From: an uncultured Gemmatimonadales bacterium
Lineage (GTDB): Bacteria > Gemmatimonadota > Gemmatimonadetes > Longimicrobiales > Gaopeijiaceae
Assembly: GCA_963823035.1 (NCBI GenBank)
Contig: CAWGKG010000014.1
Location: 128,001-192,000, forward strand
Length of the DNA: 64,000 nucleotides
Direction of reading: 5' to 3'
Part shown: piece by piece, positions 1 through 10,750 of the stretch
Layout: every line of letters begins with the position of its first letter
Position numbering within the stretch: the first letter of the stretch is position 1
Program-made: the position numbers and the translations under genes
Notes under the pieces: generated by a model
Told to the model about the DNA's origin: nothing
The model's database searches: none
Seen by the model: the letters and a program-made list of their open reading frames with translations, nothing else

Positions 1-634
1 TCTGTTCGATTCCTCGAGGCGCCGGCAGACCCCCAGCTCCTTCCACCAGCAAGCGGCGACTCCCTACCATCTCTAGAAACGGGAGGTCTCCAATATCATC
101 TGTGAATCCAACCGAACCCTGCCAGTCCACCTCGACGTCGCGAAAGTACGCCTTCACCGCCGCTGGCTTTTCGAACCCGAGCAGCTCAGGCCCGTCGATG
201 CGTCCGGTGAGCGCCCCCCTCTGGTCGCACTCCGGCCTGCAGCAGAGCAAGTCCTCAACCGCGAACTCCTGGCAAAAAGGCTCGACCAAGAAGTCGAAAG
301 CACCGGTGACCACTGCCGTCCTGAAGCCTTCGCTCCGCAGAGACTCTACTGCCTGCAACCCCAACGTCCTGAGACTGGGACGGATCTTCCGCTCGTAGAG
401 CCTCCGGCCAAGCGTGCACACCTCGTCATTGCCGAACCGTCGGAGCGTCGAAAGTACGCCTTCCTTGAATCGGCGCGTACCGATGAGCCGCGCCTTTCGC
501 AGAGCACTCCACCCAAGCACCTGAGGGGCATACCGCAGGTGCCTCGCCCGCTCACCGATGAGGATATGAAGGGTATTCCCCTGTAGGAGGGTCCCGTCGA
601 AGTCGAACATGGCCAGTCGCACAGGCTCACTCAC
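1..634 (-). CDS. HAD-IB family hydrolase (phosphoserine-phosphatase-like); 3' end runs off the window edge
   Basis: Not in the ORF track. Translated by hand from GTG at 634, which overlaps the upstream stop: MSEPVRLAMFDFDGTLL...VVTGAFDFLV...GFEK...GFTDDIGDLPFL, matching HAD motifs I-IV. Confidence 0.85.
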   Translation of the reverse strand, partial: MSEPVRLAMFDFDGTLLQGNTLHILIGERARHLRYAPQVLGWSALRKARLIGTRRFKEGVLSTLRRFGNDEVCTLGRRLYERKIRPSLRTLGLQAVESLRSEGFRTAVVTGAFDFLVEPFCQEFAVEDLLCCRPECDQRGALTGRIDGPELLGFEKPAAVKAYFRDVEVDWQGSVGFTDDIGDLPFLEMVGSRRLLVEGAGGLPAPRGIEQ

Positions 635-1242
635 GGCCAGCGCAACCTCCGCACTTCCTCACCGAGCCTGGCGTATTCCTCCTCGAACGTCACGTACTGG
701 TCTGAGTCGCTGGACCATGGAAACCGGCAGTTCGCACTAAAGAGCGCGTAGTCCACGACGTCACGGCCCATGGCCGTCGTGGCGGTAATGACGGCCACCC
801 TCGTCCGCATCGGTCCGGCACCTCGCTCAACGGCCCACGATCGCGCAGCAAGCACGGAAGATCCCGAATCCGCTGCGTCATCCAGAATCAGGACCCGCTT
901 CTCCGACAGGTCGTCTTCTTTGCCCGTCGGCAGCACCTCCCGTGCCCCCCTACGGGCGAAGCGCCGCGTTTGTTCGAAGACCCTCATGCCATCGACGACA
1001 TTCCGAGGTAGTCTTCGAAGTGCGGGTGCCAAGCGCCGCTTCAATCCTGTCGAAGGGCGTCGCACAACGAGAGGGATCAGCCGCCACTCAGTGTGGGCCG
1101 CCAACCTGACCGCCAACAGCCGGGCCCCCCGCTCGAGGTAAACCACCCTGTCCGGCACGAATCCCGACGCGACAATCTGCGACGCGAGGCGCTCTGCGAT
1201 CTCATCGACGTCGGACAAACGCACCTCTCGCACCCTGCTCAT
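631..1242 (-). CDS. Type I phosphoribosyltransferase family protein
   Basis: PRPP-binding loop VLILDDAADSGSS, N-terminal YLERGA and C-terminal FPWS. ATG at 1242 preferred over the ORF-track start at 1341. Confidence 0.8.
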   Translation of the reverse strand: MSRVREVRLSDVDEIAERLASQIVASGFVPDRVVYLERGARLLAVRLAAHTEWRLIPLVVRRPSTGLKRRLAPALRRLPRNVVDGMRVFEQTRRFARRGAREVLPTGKEDDLSEKRVLILDDAADSGSSVLAARSWAVERGAGPMRTRVAVITATTAMGRDVVDYALFSANCRFPWSSDSDQYVTFEEEYARLGEEVRRLRWP

Positions 1243-1321
1243 ATTCGCTGTGAATATGACCGACTTGCCATTGCTCGTCCTCCACCGAGTTGCCGCCAAC
1301 ACGACGCACTTGACCTCTAGT

Positions 1322-2425
1322 TCACTCTTGATGGTACACACCCTTCCCGCTCAGTCGAGCTCTGAGTGACCCCATGACATCGACGAAGAAGCGTGGATCG
1401 AGCATTCGCAAGGCCTGCACTCCAAGAGATCGCAAGCTGTAAGGATCCTTCAGCTTCTCCGCGAAGGAACCGAAGAAAGTGTCGACAGAGAACATGTGCG
1501 GAGTGATGAACCCGCCGCGCACGAAACGGCTACCCTCTCGGGTTGGTTTCCCCAACCGCGATCGACATTCAGACAACGCAGGCGCGTCGACCCCGAACGC
1601 GCCGATGTGCAGCTCGTGGGTTATGGCGAGACTCTCTCCCAGCGCCCGCGTCATGCCGTTCGCCCGAGCAAACTCCACGAACAGGTCGGTGTCGAACCCC
1701 TCCTGCGCTACATAGTGGAGCGCAAGGAAGAAGTGCTCCAACTGGTATGTCCGCTCGGGGAACACACTATGAAACAGAATAATCGCCAACTCCGGCTCCG
1801 ACCTCAACAACCTGACCGGCACCCCTCCCACGATGCCGTCGACCAAGAACGGCCGGAGTCTGTGCTTGTTCAGATATGCGAAGTAGTCGGTCGCCACCTC
1901 TTGGTAGAAGTCGACATAGTACGTTCCGCCCTTCTTGCCGACTCCGACGTGCCCCACCCCCCTGGGATCGACGATGGTCCGCTGCATAGGAGCCCATTCA
2001 TGAAACAGGTAGCCCTCTCTCAGGAGCGCCGCATATACCACTTCATAGTTCTTCTTCGAACCCAAATACAGTACGTCCGTATCATTTGGAGTGGCCGGAA
2101 ACGGCTTGATCGACTTGAACACCACGTACTGGTTCGGGCACATGCGATTGAGTATCCTCGCCACCTCAGCGATCACCGCATGCGTCATACCCTCCCGATG
2201 TCGCAGCACGGACACACGCTCCCTCAGGATCGCGGGCCAGTCGGCCCGTTCGTGGACGGTCAGCAGGAGGAGGGCGACGCGATTCGCGAATGCGTTGTCA
2301 TAAGCCGCCTCGAGTTCCTCAACACCCATTCGGTCCGGTTTGATCCCGACCAGCGGCGAGCCGATGCCCCTGATGAGCTGAAGGGTCGACGGGACGCGAG
2401 CCCCTGTCACGTCTCCATCACTCAC
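1322..2425 (-). CDS. Putative nucleotidyltransferase (Pol beta-like, uncharacterised family)
   Basis: FKSIKPFPATPNDTDVL contains a DxD motif, and a third acidic residue lies in YYVDFY. Translationally coupled to the upstream GT4. Confidence 0.6.
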   Translation of the reverse strand: MSDGDVTGARVPSTLQLIRGIGSPLVGIKPDRMGVEELEAAYDNAFANRVALLLLTVHERADWPAILRERVSVLRHREGMTHAVIAEVARILNRMCPNQYVVFKSIKPFPATPNDTDVLYLGSKKNYEVVYAALLREGYLFHEWAPMQRTIVDPRGVGHVGVGKKGGTYYVDFYQEVATDYFAYLNKHRLRPFLVDGIVGGVPVRLLRSEPELAIILFHSVFPERTYQLEHFFLALHYVAQEGFDTDLFVEFARANGMTRALGESLAITHELHIGAFGVDAPALSECRSRLGKPTREGSRFVRGGFITPHMFSVDTFFGSFAEKLKDPYSLRSLGVQALRMLDPRFFVDVMGSLRARLSGKGVYHQE

Positions 2426-3588
2426 GCTCGGGCAAGGTCACCGTAGGTGGACTCCACAGCAGCACTCAACGCACACACGTCAAATCTCTCACGCACATAG
2501 CGCTGCGCCTCCAAGCCAGCGCCAGACAGATCCTCATGCTGCAGCACCCTAACGACAGCACAGGCCAGCGAGGCCGCGTCCCCGCGATCATAGAGCGCCC
2601 AGTGGTTACTTGCCGGCACTTCCTCCGGGACACCGCCGGCCCTAGGACCTACCACGATCTTCCCGGCCAGCCCCGCCTCCATCACCACTCCCGGTAGGGG
2701 ATCCGGCTCGACGGACGTATGGACTACGACATCCGACGCTCTCATTACCGCTATCGCATCTCGTCTGTCTCCGAGGAAGCGCACCATTTCCGCAAGCCCC
2801 AAAGCCTCGACCCTTCGGCGTACGTTGGCTGCATACTCCTCCTTGCCCGTGACTTCCCCACCGACGATCCAGAATTCTAGATCGGGGCACGCGTCAAGGA
2901 TTGCCGGAGCTGCCTCGACCAGTAGATGCTGGCCTTTCCAAGGCTCAAGCCGTCCGACCACCGTAATCACCACCTTGCCCGGACGGACGCCGAGGTCCGC
3001 CCTCACCGACACACCATCACCGTCCACCTGCCCCACCCGTTCCGGATCGAGCCAGTCGTAGAGGACGATGGCATTCTCTGGAGATCCCAGCGACCGTCGT
3101 ATGGCGGTCGACACACAAAGCACTCGATGGTTGAGCGCGGCTACAGCCCTTCGAATCACCGTCCCCAGCGGCCCAGCAGGGGGAAACATGCGCACATGCT
3201 GCACCGTCGCCGCCCCGCCCAGCCGCCCGCCCAGTGAGGCAAGGAAGTCTAAGAGATCATTGCCGTGGACCACGTCCACCCGCAGCCGACGAACAAGGCG
3301 CGCCACGATCCACACCGTCCGGACCGCTGATGGCAGCAGGCGAAGCCAATACCCGGTACCCTGTCTACGACTCAGCCTCAGCACCGGTCGGACGAGCGTC
3401 TCAATTCCGTGCTGTTGATATAGAGCACAAACCGGTGTTTCAAGGCGAAGCAACACAAATGGCTCGAATCGCGTGCGATCCAGCTGAGTCACCATCTTCA
3501 CCAGGCAGTAGTCCGCCCCGCCTATGTCCACACTATTGGCATGATAGAACAGGACTCGCATTCGACGTTCGCGAGACCCCGTGTCCAT
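2422..3588 (-). CDS. Glycosyltransferase family 4
   Basis: GGAD loop, VGRLEPWKGQ and PDPLPGVVMEAGLAG. Confidence 0.9.
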   Translation of the reverse strand: MDTGSRERRMRVLFYHANSVDIGGADYCLVKMVTQLDRTRFEPFVLLRLETPVCALYQQHGIETLVRPVLRLSRRQGTGYWLRLLPSAVRTVWIVARLVRRLRVDVVHGNDLLDFLASLGGRLGGAATVQHVRMFPPAGPLGTVIRRAVAALNHRVLCVSTAIRRSLGSPENAIVLYDWLDPERVGQVDGDGVSVRADLGVRPGKVVITVVGRLEPWKGQHLLVEAAPAILDACPDLEFWIVGGEVTGKEEYAANVRRRVEALGLAEMVRFLGDRRDAIAVMRASDVVVHTSVEPDPLPGVVMEAGLAGKIVVGPRAGGVPEEVPASNHWALYDRGDAASLACAVVRVLQHEDLSGAGLEAQRYVRERFDVCALSAAVESTYGDLARA

Positions 3589-4241
3589 CAGTCGAGACCC
3601 TCGCTTCGGACTAGGGCCAATACGTCCTCACAAACCGCCTGGGCCGGTTGATTCGCATCGACTACGACGAATCCTCGCTCACCAGCGATCCTCTCGTACA
3701 GTCTCTGTCGTTCCCGAAGATACTCAACCGACTGGATGTTGCGCTTTCGCGCGTACGCCACCTCGCCGGTCACCCTCAACAACACACCGTGAGACGGAAT
3801 CGGCAACACCGCCTCGAACACCCGAATGATCTTCCTGGCCCACCGCTGGTGTCCCAGCGTCACCGCCATATTCACCGCCTGATCCAGGTAGTATCGGTCT
3901 ACAATGAGCAGCCGCTTCCCGCATCGGCTTCGCGCCCTGAAGACGCGCGGCCACGTCGTGACAACGTAGTCGCCACACCAGAGCGCCACATAGAGTGCGG
4001 CGCCGAGACCACAGCGCTTTGCGGCGCGTTGCTTAGCCGCGCGGTACCCCACGTATTTCCCATGCTCCGAATCTCTTCGCAATATGACGCGTCTTACCAT
4101 CCAGCGCACCGGCGCAAGAAGAAAGGGGCGATGCTGTGCATAGAGCACACAAGTGGCTTCGCCACCAAGTACCCGGCTCAGGTTCCTCGCGAGCGTCGAC
4201 TTCCCAGACCCGTCCACACCCATCACGTAGAGGCCGCGCAC
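3588..4241 (-). CDS. Thymidylate kinase-like P-loop kinase
   Basis: P-loop GVDGSGKST, IVDRYYLD (the DRY motif of dTMP kinases) and C-terminal VVDANQP. Confidence 0.75.
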   Translation of the reverse strand: MRGLYVMGVDGSGKSTLARNLSRVLGGEATCVLYAQHRPFLLAPVRWMVRRVILRRDSEHGKYVGYRAAKQRAAKRCGLGAALYVALWCGDYVVTTWPRVFRARSRCGKRLLIVDRYYLDQAVNMAVTLGHQRWARKIIRVFEAVLPIPSHGVLLRVTGEVAYARKRNIQSVEYLRERQRLYERIAGERGFVVVDANQPAQAVCEDVLALVRSEGLD

Positions 4242-4254
4242 TATCGATCGCCTC

Positions 4255-5284
4255 TCACGAGGGGCCGTCCGAGCCCAGCACCCGACCGTAGATCTCCTCG
4301 AGCCTCATCGCGAAAGCGTCCATCCCATACTCCCTTACCGCTTCACGGGTCGCGCACGGCTCGGACCGCACTTCCTCAAGACATCGCATTGCTTCGCCGG
4401 GCGTCCCATTGAAGAACCGAAACCCCTGCGTCGGTGCGATGAACCGCACCAGAGCGTCGTAGCGGGTCGTGACCACAGGAATGTTGCAGGCCATCGCCTC
4501 AGACCCATAGCGGCAGATCGAGGCCGCCCACCGCCTCCCGCCGGCGGAAGAACCGCCCCTCGACCGCTGGCATCACCGGGAAGATATAGGCGTCCGCCGC
4601 CTGGTAGATCTTCTGGATATCCGGAACAAACTGCGTGTAGACTCGGCAGCCGGCAGCTTCTAGCGAGGATCGGAGCACCCCTTCCCACGATAGACTCTCG
4701 CTTCCCACGACAACCACCTCGTACCGTTGGCAACGGGCGATGTCAATCAGACTCTCAAGTCGCCGGTCCGTCTTGACATGACCTACGTGCAGAAGCACTG
4801 GCCTCGATCCCAACCCCCACTCCCCTCGGACTCTGGCCCTTTCCTCCGCATTCGCCGCTCTGAAGCGCTCAAGGTCCACCGGATTCGGCATGGGCACCAC
4901 ACGTGAACCTGCCGCCTTGAAAACCCGCTCCCAATAGAAGGCCTGAGAAAGAAAGTACTCGGGCGCCACAAGCGTCAGCAGTCGGCGCCCACTAGGCCCG
5001 AGGGTGGGCCGCGATCCCGTGGCGATCGTAGCAACTCGGCCCCCAGGGCACATCGATAGACCCATAGCGCCAACAGTCCCCGTATCGAGGGCGGTGACGT
5101 AGTGGATCGCCTGGGGTCGCAACCTCCTTGCCAGTGGGAGCGCCCGCCCGCTACAGAACGTCGATGTCGACACCCCAACTACATCATGATTGCGCCTCGC
5201 AACCCGCAGATAGTCCTGAGAGAGCTTGCACATACCCTCGTCAGCCGCCTCCTCGCGAAAATCGCCAACCAACAGCAGCCTCAT
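4255..5284 (-). CDS. Glycosyltransferase family 4 (frameshifted near 4500 and probably near 5100)
   Basis: MRLLLVGD...LHVGHVK...YQAADAYIFP in ORF 4499..5554, continuing as EAMACNIPVVTT in ORF 4255..4494. Confidence 0.8.
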
Positions 5285-6657
5285 GCAGCCTCTCCTGCCC
5301 CACCTGCTCCCAGGTTGCCCACTTCCTGACCAGCGTACTGGGGTGCAAGGGTGCGGGAAAGCGCCGGCGCACCTGGCAATGGGGGCACGATGAGCCATAC
5401 GAGAAGGGTCAAGAGCGCAGGCGCATTGTGTTGGTCCGCGAAGGCGCCACTTGCCGGTACAGCGCAAAGAAACGAAGCGAGCGCTAGCCAGAACGGTGAG
5501 TGCCGCCTCCTCGCCTCCCCAACCGCAAAGACCATGGTCCGAACCAGGAGCCACACGAACAAGACTAGAGAGACCAAACCCCCGTAGAGCACGAGGGCCA
5601 GGTACAGGTTGTCCACCAGCAGGCCCTGGGTAGTCGGAAACCTCTCATTAGCGATAAGTCCCGTACCGAAGACCGCATTGAGCCAGGATGCACTGATATC
5701 GCTCAGCGCCCTGGCCCAATGAACGAGTCGCGCATAGAAGGACGAGCTGTCCAAGATGCCCGCTCCCACCGGCCCTGACACCAGCGCCAGATACACCGCA
5801 CCCACAGTGGCTATGATCCCGATGCTGACCATAGCGGCCACAATGATGCCGGGGCGCTGACGGCTGTTCGCGATCAAATAGATCGCCAGGAGACTGATCG
5901 CCGCTTGCAGGTACACGCTGCGCGTCAGGGTCGCATAGATGGAATACATCCCCACGACGAGAAACAGAGCGGTAGCAAGCCGACCGGTGACGGACCTCAC
6001 GTGTCCTACCATCCAGGTAGCAGCGGCGAGTAGGACCCCGAACAAGGCATACTCACCGAATGCCCATCCCGAAGTGAAGATGCTATTGGCTCGGCGCCCG
6101 CCGACGACGAATTCTACGGAGATCAGCGAAGATACCGCGCATCGGGATCGAGCTCGGGGAGAATGCTACTCCCCGTCAGGTGCTGGGCAGCGCCCAGTGC
6201 GAGAATCGGGACTGCAAGAACGAGAAAGATGACGGCGGCCCTCGTCATATCCTCGTCCCTGCCCCTCACTCCCATAGGTTGCTCCCGCAGGCACGTAAAT
6301 GATTGCCGCAAGAAGGAACCAGAAGAAGTACATCACGTTCATAGAAAACGCGAGGTAAGTTGCATCGTATCGGAAGCGAATAGCGACAACGACTGCATCC
6401 ACGATCGAGTAGGCAAGTAGCGCCACTAGAGGTACCATCAGGCCAGCAGTGCCGGGGGTGCGCCTCATGCGGGTAATCATCGCGCCCACGAACAGCCACA
6501 ATGCAGCCACGGCCGCCGCCACGATCCTAAGGTGCACGCTGTACAGGATAACCCGACCCCACAGGGCATACTGGAGGTAGGCCACGCCGCCGAACAACCA
6601 GATCAGGGCCACCAGGGGAGCCAATACGCCGCGCATGAACGCCGGAGTCGACGACAC
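5281..6657 (-). CDS. Wzy/O-antigen ligase-like polytopic membrane protein (frameshifted)
   Basis: Hydrophobic pieces 6166..6657, 6123..6311 and 5281..6045 with TLTRS, SFYARLVHW, FGTG and VDNLYL motifs typical of Wzy_C. Confidence 0.7.
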
Positions 6658-6751
6658 CTGCTATCTCCTCAGCGACCCAAGGGCGCTACAGCCGCGTGTG
6701 CCATGCCGGCTTGGATCGGCGGGGCGGTATCGAGGGGCGACCGAGGAATCC

Positions 6752-7781
6752 TCATGACCCACGTCCCTCATTGGTCTGGAAGACAGCGCACATGCAGGTC
6801 CCCCGTGACCCGAGCCTGATCCAACGCCTGCGATTCATGAGGCGGACAATCTGCACGAGTCCTGCCATTCCGAGCGTTGCCGCAGTCCGCTTAACAAGAC
6901 GCCGTATCGCGCTTCCATGCCGAAGGACGCTACGATCCGCCCCCATACGCGCAACGCGGGAAGCCACTCCCCCCGGTGGAGGGCGTCTCACCGTCACAAT
7001 CCGACCTTGGTAGTAGTCCGAGAAATCCACCAGGTCCACAGTGCAGGACAACCGCTGGGCGAGCATCTGGAACGAGGCCTCGGAGAACCACCACAGATGC
7101 ACTGGCGGCGGTTCGGTCTCCCAAAGCACGTCATCCTCATACAGCGACCGGTTGGGGGTCGTGACAATCAGGCAACCGCCCGAGCGCACCATCGAGAGGA
7201 GGACGGGAACAAGTCGAGGTGCGTCTGGCAAGTGCTCCACCACCTCGGTCGCAACTAGGACGTCATATGTACGCGGCGAGTCCTTGGCGAACGACCGGAT
7301 ATCGGCGCAGACATAGTACGGCCCGTAGCGGTCTGAAGCGGCCTCGACAGCTTCGGACGAAATGTCCACTCCTGTACATTCGTAGCCGGCTCGATTCAGG
7401 GCATAGGTCAGATACCCGAAGCCACTCCCCACATCAAGGACGCGCGCTTTAGGAGGAAGCCGGCGCCCCACTAAGACTCGCCTTACCGCCCAGTACATCT
7501 CCTCGCTGTTGGCGAGCTCACCAAGCGGATCCGGGCAGTGAAGCACCCGCTCCGCATACGCCGCGTACCTCGCGTATCCCGGCACCTCCGATGCCTGTTG
7601 GTAGATGCGGTCGTAGAGAAGGATCCAACTGCTGTGGCTCGGCAAACGACACCTTGCAGACGCTGCAAGCTGCAATCGTGGCGTAGCTCCCTTCCACATA
7701 CCCCGGCTGAGAGTCACTAGCTACCCGGACCCCACCTCCACATACAGGGCACTGTTGCTTCTCCCCGCCCTTCCTCCTCAC
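6752..7781 (-). CDS. Class I SAM-dependent methyltransferase with N-terminal CxxC/CxxC (frameshift near 7620)
   Basis: VLDVGSGFG, GVDIS, EVVEHL, VTTPN and PPVHL. The N-terminus (CPVC...CSVC) lies in ORF 7518..7781. Confidence 0.85.
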
Positions 7782-9298
7782 TGGACCTCCATGTCGGATT
7801 GGGCTCGCGTGCGGATGCCGGTCCCGGCTGCGCCGCTCATTGCGGGCCTAGCTTCGGTCGGTTCCTGCATCGGGTACGATCTCATGACTCGACGCAACAT
7901 GTACAAGACGCCACTCAACAAGGTGCCGGCGAGAAGCCACGACAGTGGCGCCGTTGCGCGCACCACCGCAAGCATCAGCAGCAATGAAGTCGCAACCGCG
8001 AGCACCGATCGCCATGTCCGCCCCGCACTGGTCCTGATCACCGTCGCAGACACGATCATCAATCCTATGGACTCGATCGTGACGCGGGCCAGGACGGCGT
8101 ACGCAGCACCCATGAGTCCATTTGCCGGAATCGCAAAGACCAAGGTCATCGCATAGAGGGGCAGTTCCGCGAGCATGAAGGTCGCCACCGCACGGGCCGC
8201 TCCCGAGGCTTGAAGAAGGGCGAACGGCACGAAGGCTAGCGAGTTGAGGAAGAAGGCCACGGCCAGGATCTCCAGAACCCGCCCGCCCCCGGATGCGAAC
8301 GCCGGCCCGAGCCAGACACCGAGCAGGAACCTCCCGGCCAGTATGGCGACGAGGGCTATCGGGAGCGTCGCAGCTGCGACGTAGGCGCTCGCGTGGATGA
8401 ACAGACTAGCTCGTTCATCCGGATCCGTGCGGGACAGGCCGCTGAAGGCAGGGAATACCGCCAACAGCACAGCGTTCGGCACCACCCACAGCTTCGAGAC
8501 CATCTCTGCGGGCGTAGTATAGAAGGCCACACGCCCGAGGGGCACGAACGAAGCGAGCATGAGGCGATCCATACTCACAAGCAGCGGATTCACGACGTTG
8601 GTAACCGTAATCCATGATCCGTAGTGCAACGCTTCGCGCGCGATCGGCCAGGACAGACCACCGGAGCGACTCATGCTTCCGATCTCGCGCCGCACGGCAA
8701 TGCCGTACAAGACGCAAGCCAAGAGCCGAGTGGCCAACAAACCACCAACGACGAGATCCAGCCGAGGCGATATCCACGCCAATCCGAGCGGGGCAGCGTA
8801 GTTCAGGGCGCCGACGGGAATACGGACGGAGTTCACCAGTCTGAATCGCTGATGTGCCTCCAGAACACCTCGAAAGCCAGAACTCAGCACCACGAGCGGA
8901 ACGGACGCTGCCAAGACGCGCACAGCGGACACCGCGCCTACGACCTCACCTTGGATCTCGAACATCAATCGAACGACGGCCGACGCCGAGAACGCCAGCG
9001 AGACTCCAAGCACCACCCCGATCGTGAGCAGGACCATCGAGCCGGTGGCGACGATCGCGGGAATCTCTTCGACTTCCTTCGTTGCCAAACGCTCGGCCAC
9101 CATCTTGGTAAGCGTCCGACCAATGCCGAGGTCCAGGACTCCGATGTATCCGACGAGCACCCAAACGACGGTCAGAAAGCCGAACTTCTCGGTACCCAGT
9201 GCCTGGACAAGCTGAGGGATCGTCACCAGGGCGACCGCAAGCGGTGCTCCCTGACCGATCAGGTTGTAGCCGGAGTTGCGGAGCAGGGCCTTTCTCAC
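7778..9298 (-). CDS. wzx: Wzx flippase (MOP superfamily)
   Basis: 506 aa, many transmembrane segments; LLRNSGYNLIGQ, LGTEKFG, DLGIG and DRLML signatures. Confidence 0.88.
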   Translation of the reverse strand: MRKALLRNSGYNLIGQGAPLAVALVTIPQLVQALGTEKFGFLTVVWVLVGYIGVLDLGIGRTLTKMVAERLATKEVEEIPAIVATGSMVLLTIGVVLGVSLAFSASAVVRLMFEIQGEVVGAVSAVRVLAASVPLVVLSSGFRGVLEAHQRFRLVNSVRIPVGALNYAAPLGLAWISPRLDLVVGGLLATRLLACVLYGIAVRREIGSMSRSGGLSWPIAREALHYGSWITVTNVVNPLLVSMDRLMLASFVPLGRVAFYTTPAEMVSKLWVVPNAVLLAVFPAFSGLSRTDPDERASLFIHASAYVAAATLPIALVAILAGRFLLGVWLGPAFASGGGRVLEILAVAFFLNSLAFVPFALLQASGAARAVATFMLAELPLYAMTLVFAIPANGLMGAAYAVLARVTIESIGLMIVSATVIRTSAGRTWRSVLAVATSLLLMLAVVRATAPLSWLLAGTLLSGVLYMLRRVMRSYPMQEPTEARPAMSGAAGTGIRTRAQSDMEVQ

Positions 9299-9393
9299 AT
9301 CCGGTCCATGCTCGGGCCACCACGAGCATGTTGTCTGGGCCGTCCTGGCGACGGAGGCAATGCCCGAAACGAGAGGCCGCTAGCGCGCATACC

Positions 9394-10380
9394 TCAGCCG
9401 TTCTCCCCGCGTGTCGTGGATCGATTGAAAGGCATCAAGTACCAAGCCATTTCGTACGCGAGGGCACGCCAACCGAGCCCTCGAGCCTCCGAAACAAGAA
9501 GGTTGGCATAGGCAAATGCACTGAGCCACCGCCGCCACCAGGGGAGGCAGGCCAGATTCCGGAATCGCCCAATGGTCTCGTCGTGCTTCCGTGCAAGAAG
9601 TGCCTCAGAGATCACGATTCGCCTAGCCGTCCGCCATCGCGCGTACCGCAAAGGCGGCAGACCTCTCGTGGACATCCGAGCGGCAACCCCGAACGCTCCC
9701 CCGCCGACAGCGCCGAGGGTATTGCCCCCATGCTGACGGTACAGGAGCGTCGACTCGCGGATATACCCAACGCCTCCCAACACCGCTGCACGGGTGATCA
9801 CCCACCAATCGTGCATTGCGATCCCAGCCGGAAACGGCAAGACGTCTGGGATGATTACCGATCTTCCCAGGACCGTACAGCCGATGGCGGGATTCCTGAG
9901 AACGAGCGGGAATGGGTTTGCCCCCCCGACGGGCTGGATGTGGCTCAACCTCCAGATCGAATCAGCAATCACTCTCAGCTTCTCGTCCACCACCGTGGCA
10001 TCTGAGTAGACCGCGGCATCCCCGGTGCGACTGACATGAGCGACCTGTCGTTCGACCTTCTTCGGCAGCCACACGTCATCTTGGTCGGCGAAGCAGAAGA
10101 ACGGCTCTTCCACGCCTCCCAGAAGTCGCTCGAAGGTAGGGATCACACCGAGATTGACCGGATTCCGGTTCAAACGAATCCTGCTGTCTTCCCTGGCACA
10201 GCTTTCCAGTTTCTCGTACGTACCATCTGTCGAACAGTCGTCCACCACATGAATCAGCAGATTCTCGTGCGTCTGAGCACGAAGACTCTGGATCATTTCG
10301 TCGAGGAACCGTTCGCCGTTGTATGTGGCAAGCAAGACCGCAACGGTCAAATCGGGATGCGCGGCCCCCTTGACGTTCAC
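9394..10380 (-). CDS. Glycosyltransferase family 2 (rhamnosyltransferase-like)
   Basis: LLATYNGERFL, DDCSTD, FADQDDVW, MHDWW and YRQHGGN. Confidence 0.9.
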   Translation of the reverse strand: MNVKGAAHPDLTVAVLLATYNGERFLDEMIQSLRAQTHENLLIHVVDDCSTDGTYEKLESCAREDSRIRLNRNPVNLGVIPTFERLLGGVEEPFFCFADQDDVWLPKKVERQVAHVSRTGDAAVYSDATVVDEKLRVIADSIWRLSHIQPVGGANPFPLVLRNPAIGCTVLGRSVIIPDVLPFPAGIAMHDWWVITRAAVLGGVGYIRESTLLYRQHGGNTLGAVGGGAFGVAARMSTRGLPPLRYARWRTARRIVISEALLARKHDETIGRFRNLACLPWWRRWLSAFAYANLLVSEARGLGWRALAYEMAWYLMPFNRSTTRGENG

Positions 10381-10750
10381 CGAGAGCTCCTCAAGTGCGC
10401 CAACGACGCGCCCGCCCGGTCAATCGCCCACCGACGTTGGGCGGGCCATGGTACCTCGATAGAGCGATCACTGAGACTTCCGGCCGCGCTCCGGATGGGA
10501 CGCCACCATCCGGCATCTGCACCCTCGGCACTGTGGAGCCGGACGATACAAGAGTAGGCATGCGCAGCCCGTCCAGCATGAGTGAGTGGCGCAGGTCACG
10601 AGGAACCGAGTTGGCCCTCGTAGACTTGCAGCGCTATCTGGATCCCAGGATCCGCCGCTCAGCTGGGCCCGTGGTCATCCGCCGGCCTGCGGTGGTCGGT
10701 CCGTGCGGCTACAACGCCCGCCAGTCTGGCTTCCCCCTTCCGACCCTCCC

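Noticed and set aside
3588..4241. Housekeeping thymidylate kinase (tmk)
   Set aside because: It lacks the TREPGG-type motif, has a long basic/hydrophobic insert and lies in a foreign glycan island. It is kept only as kinase-like.
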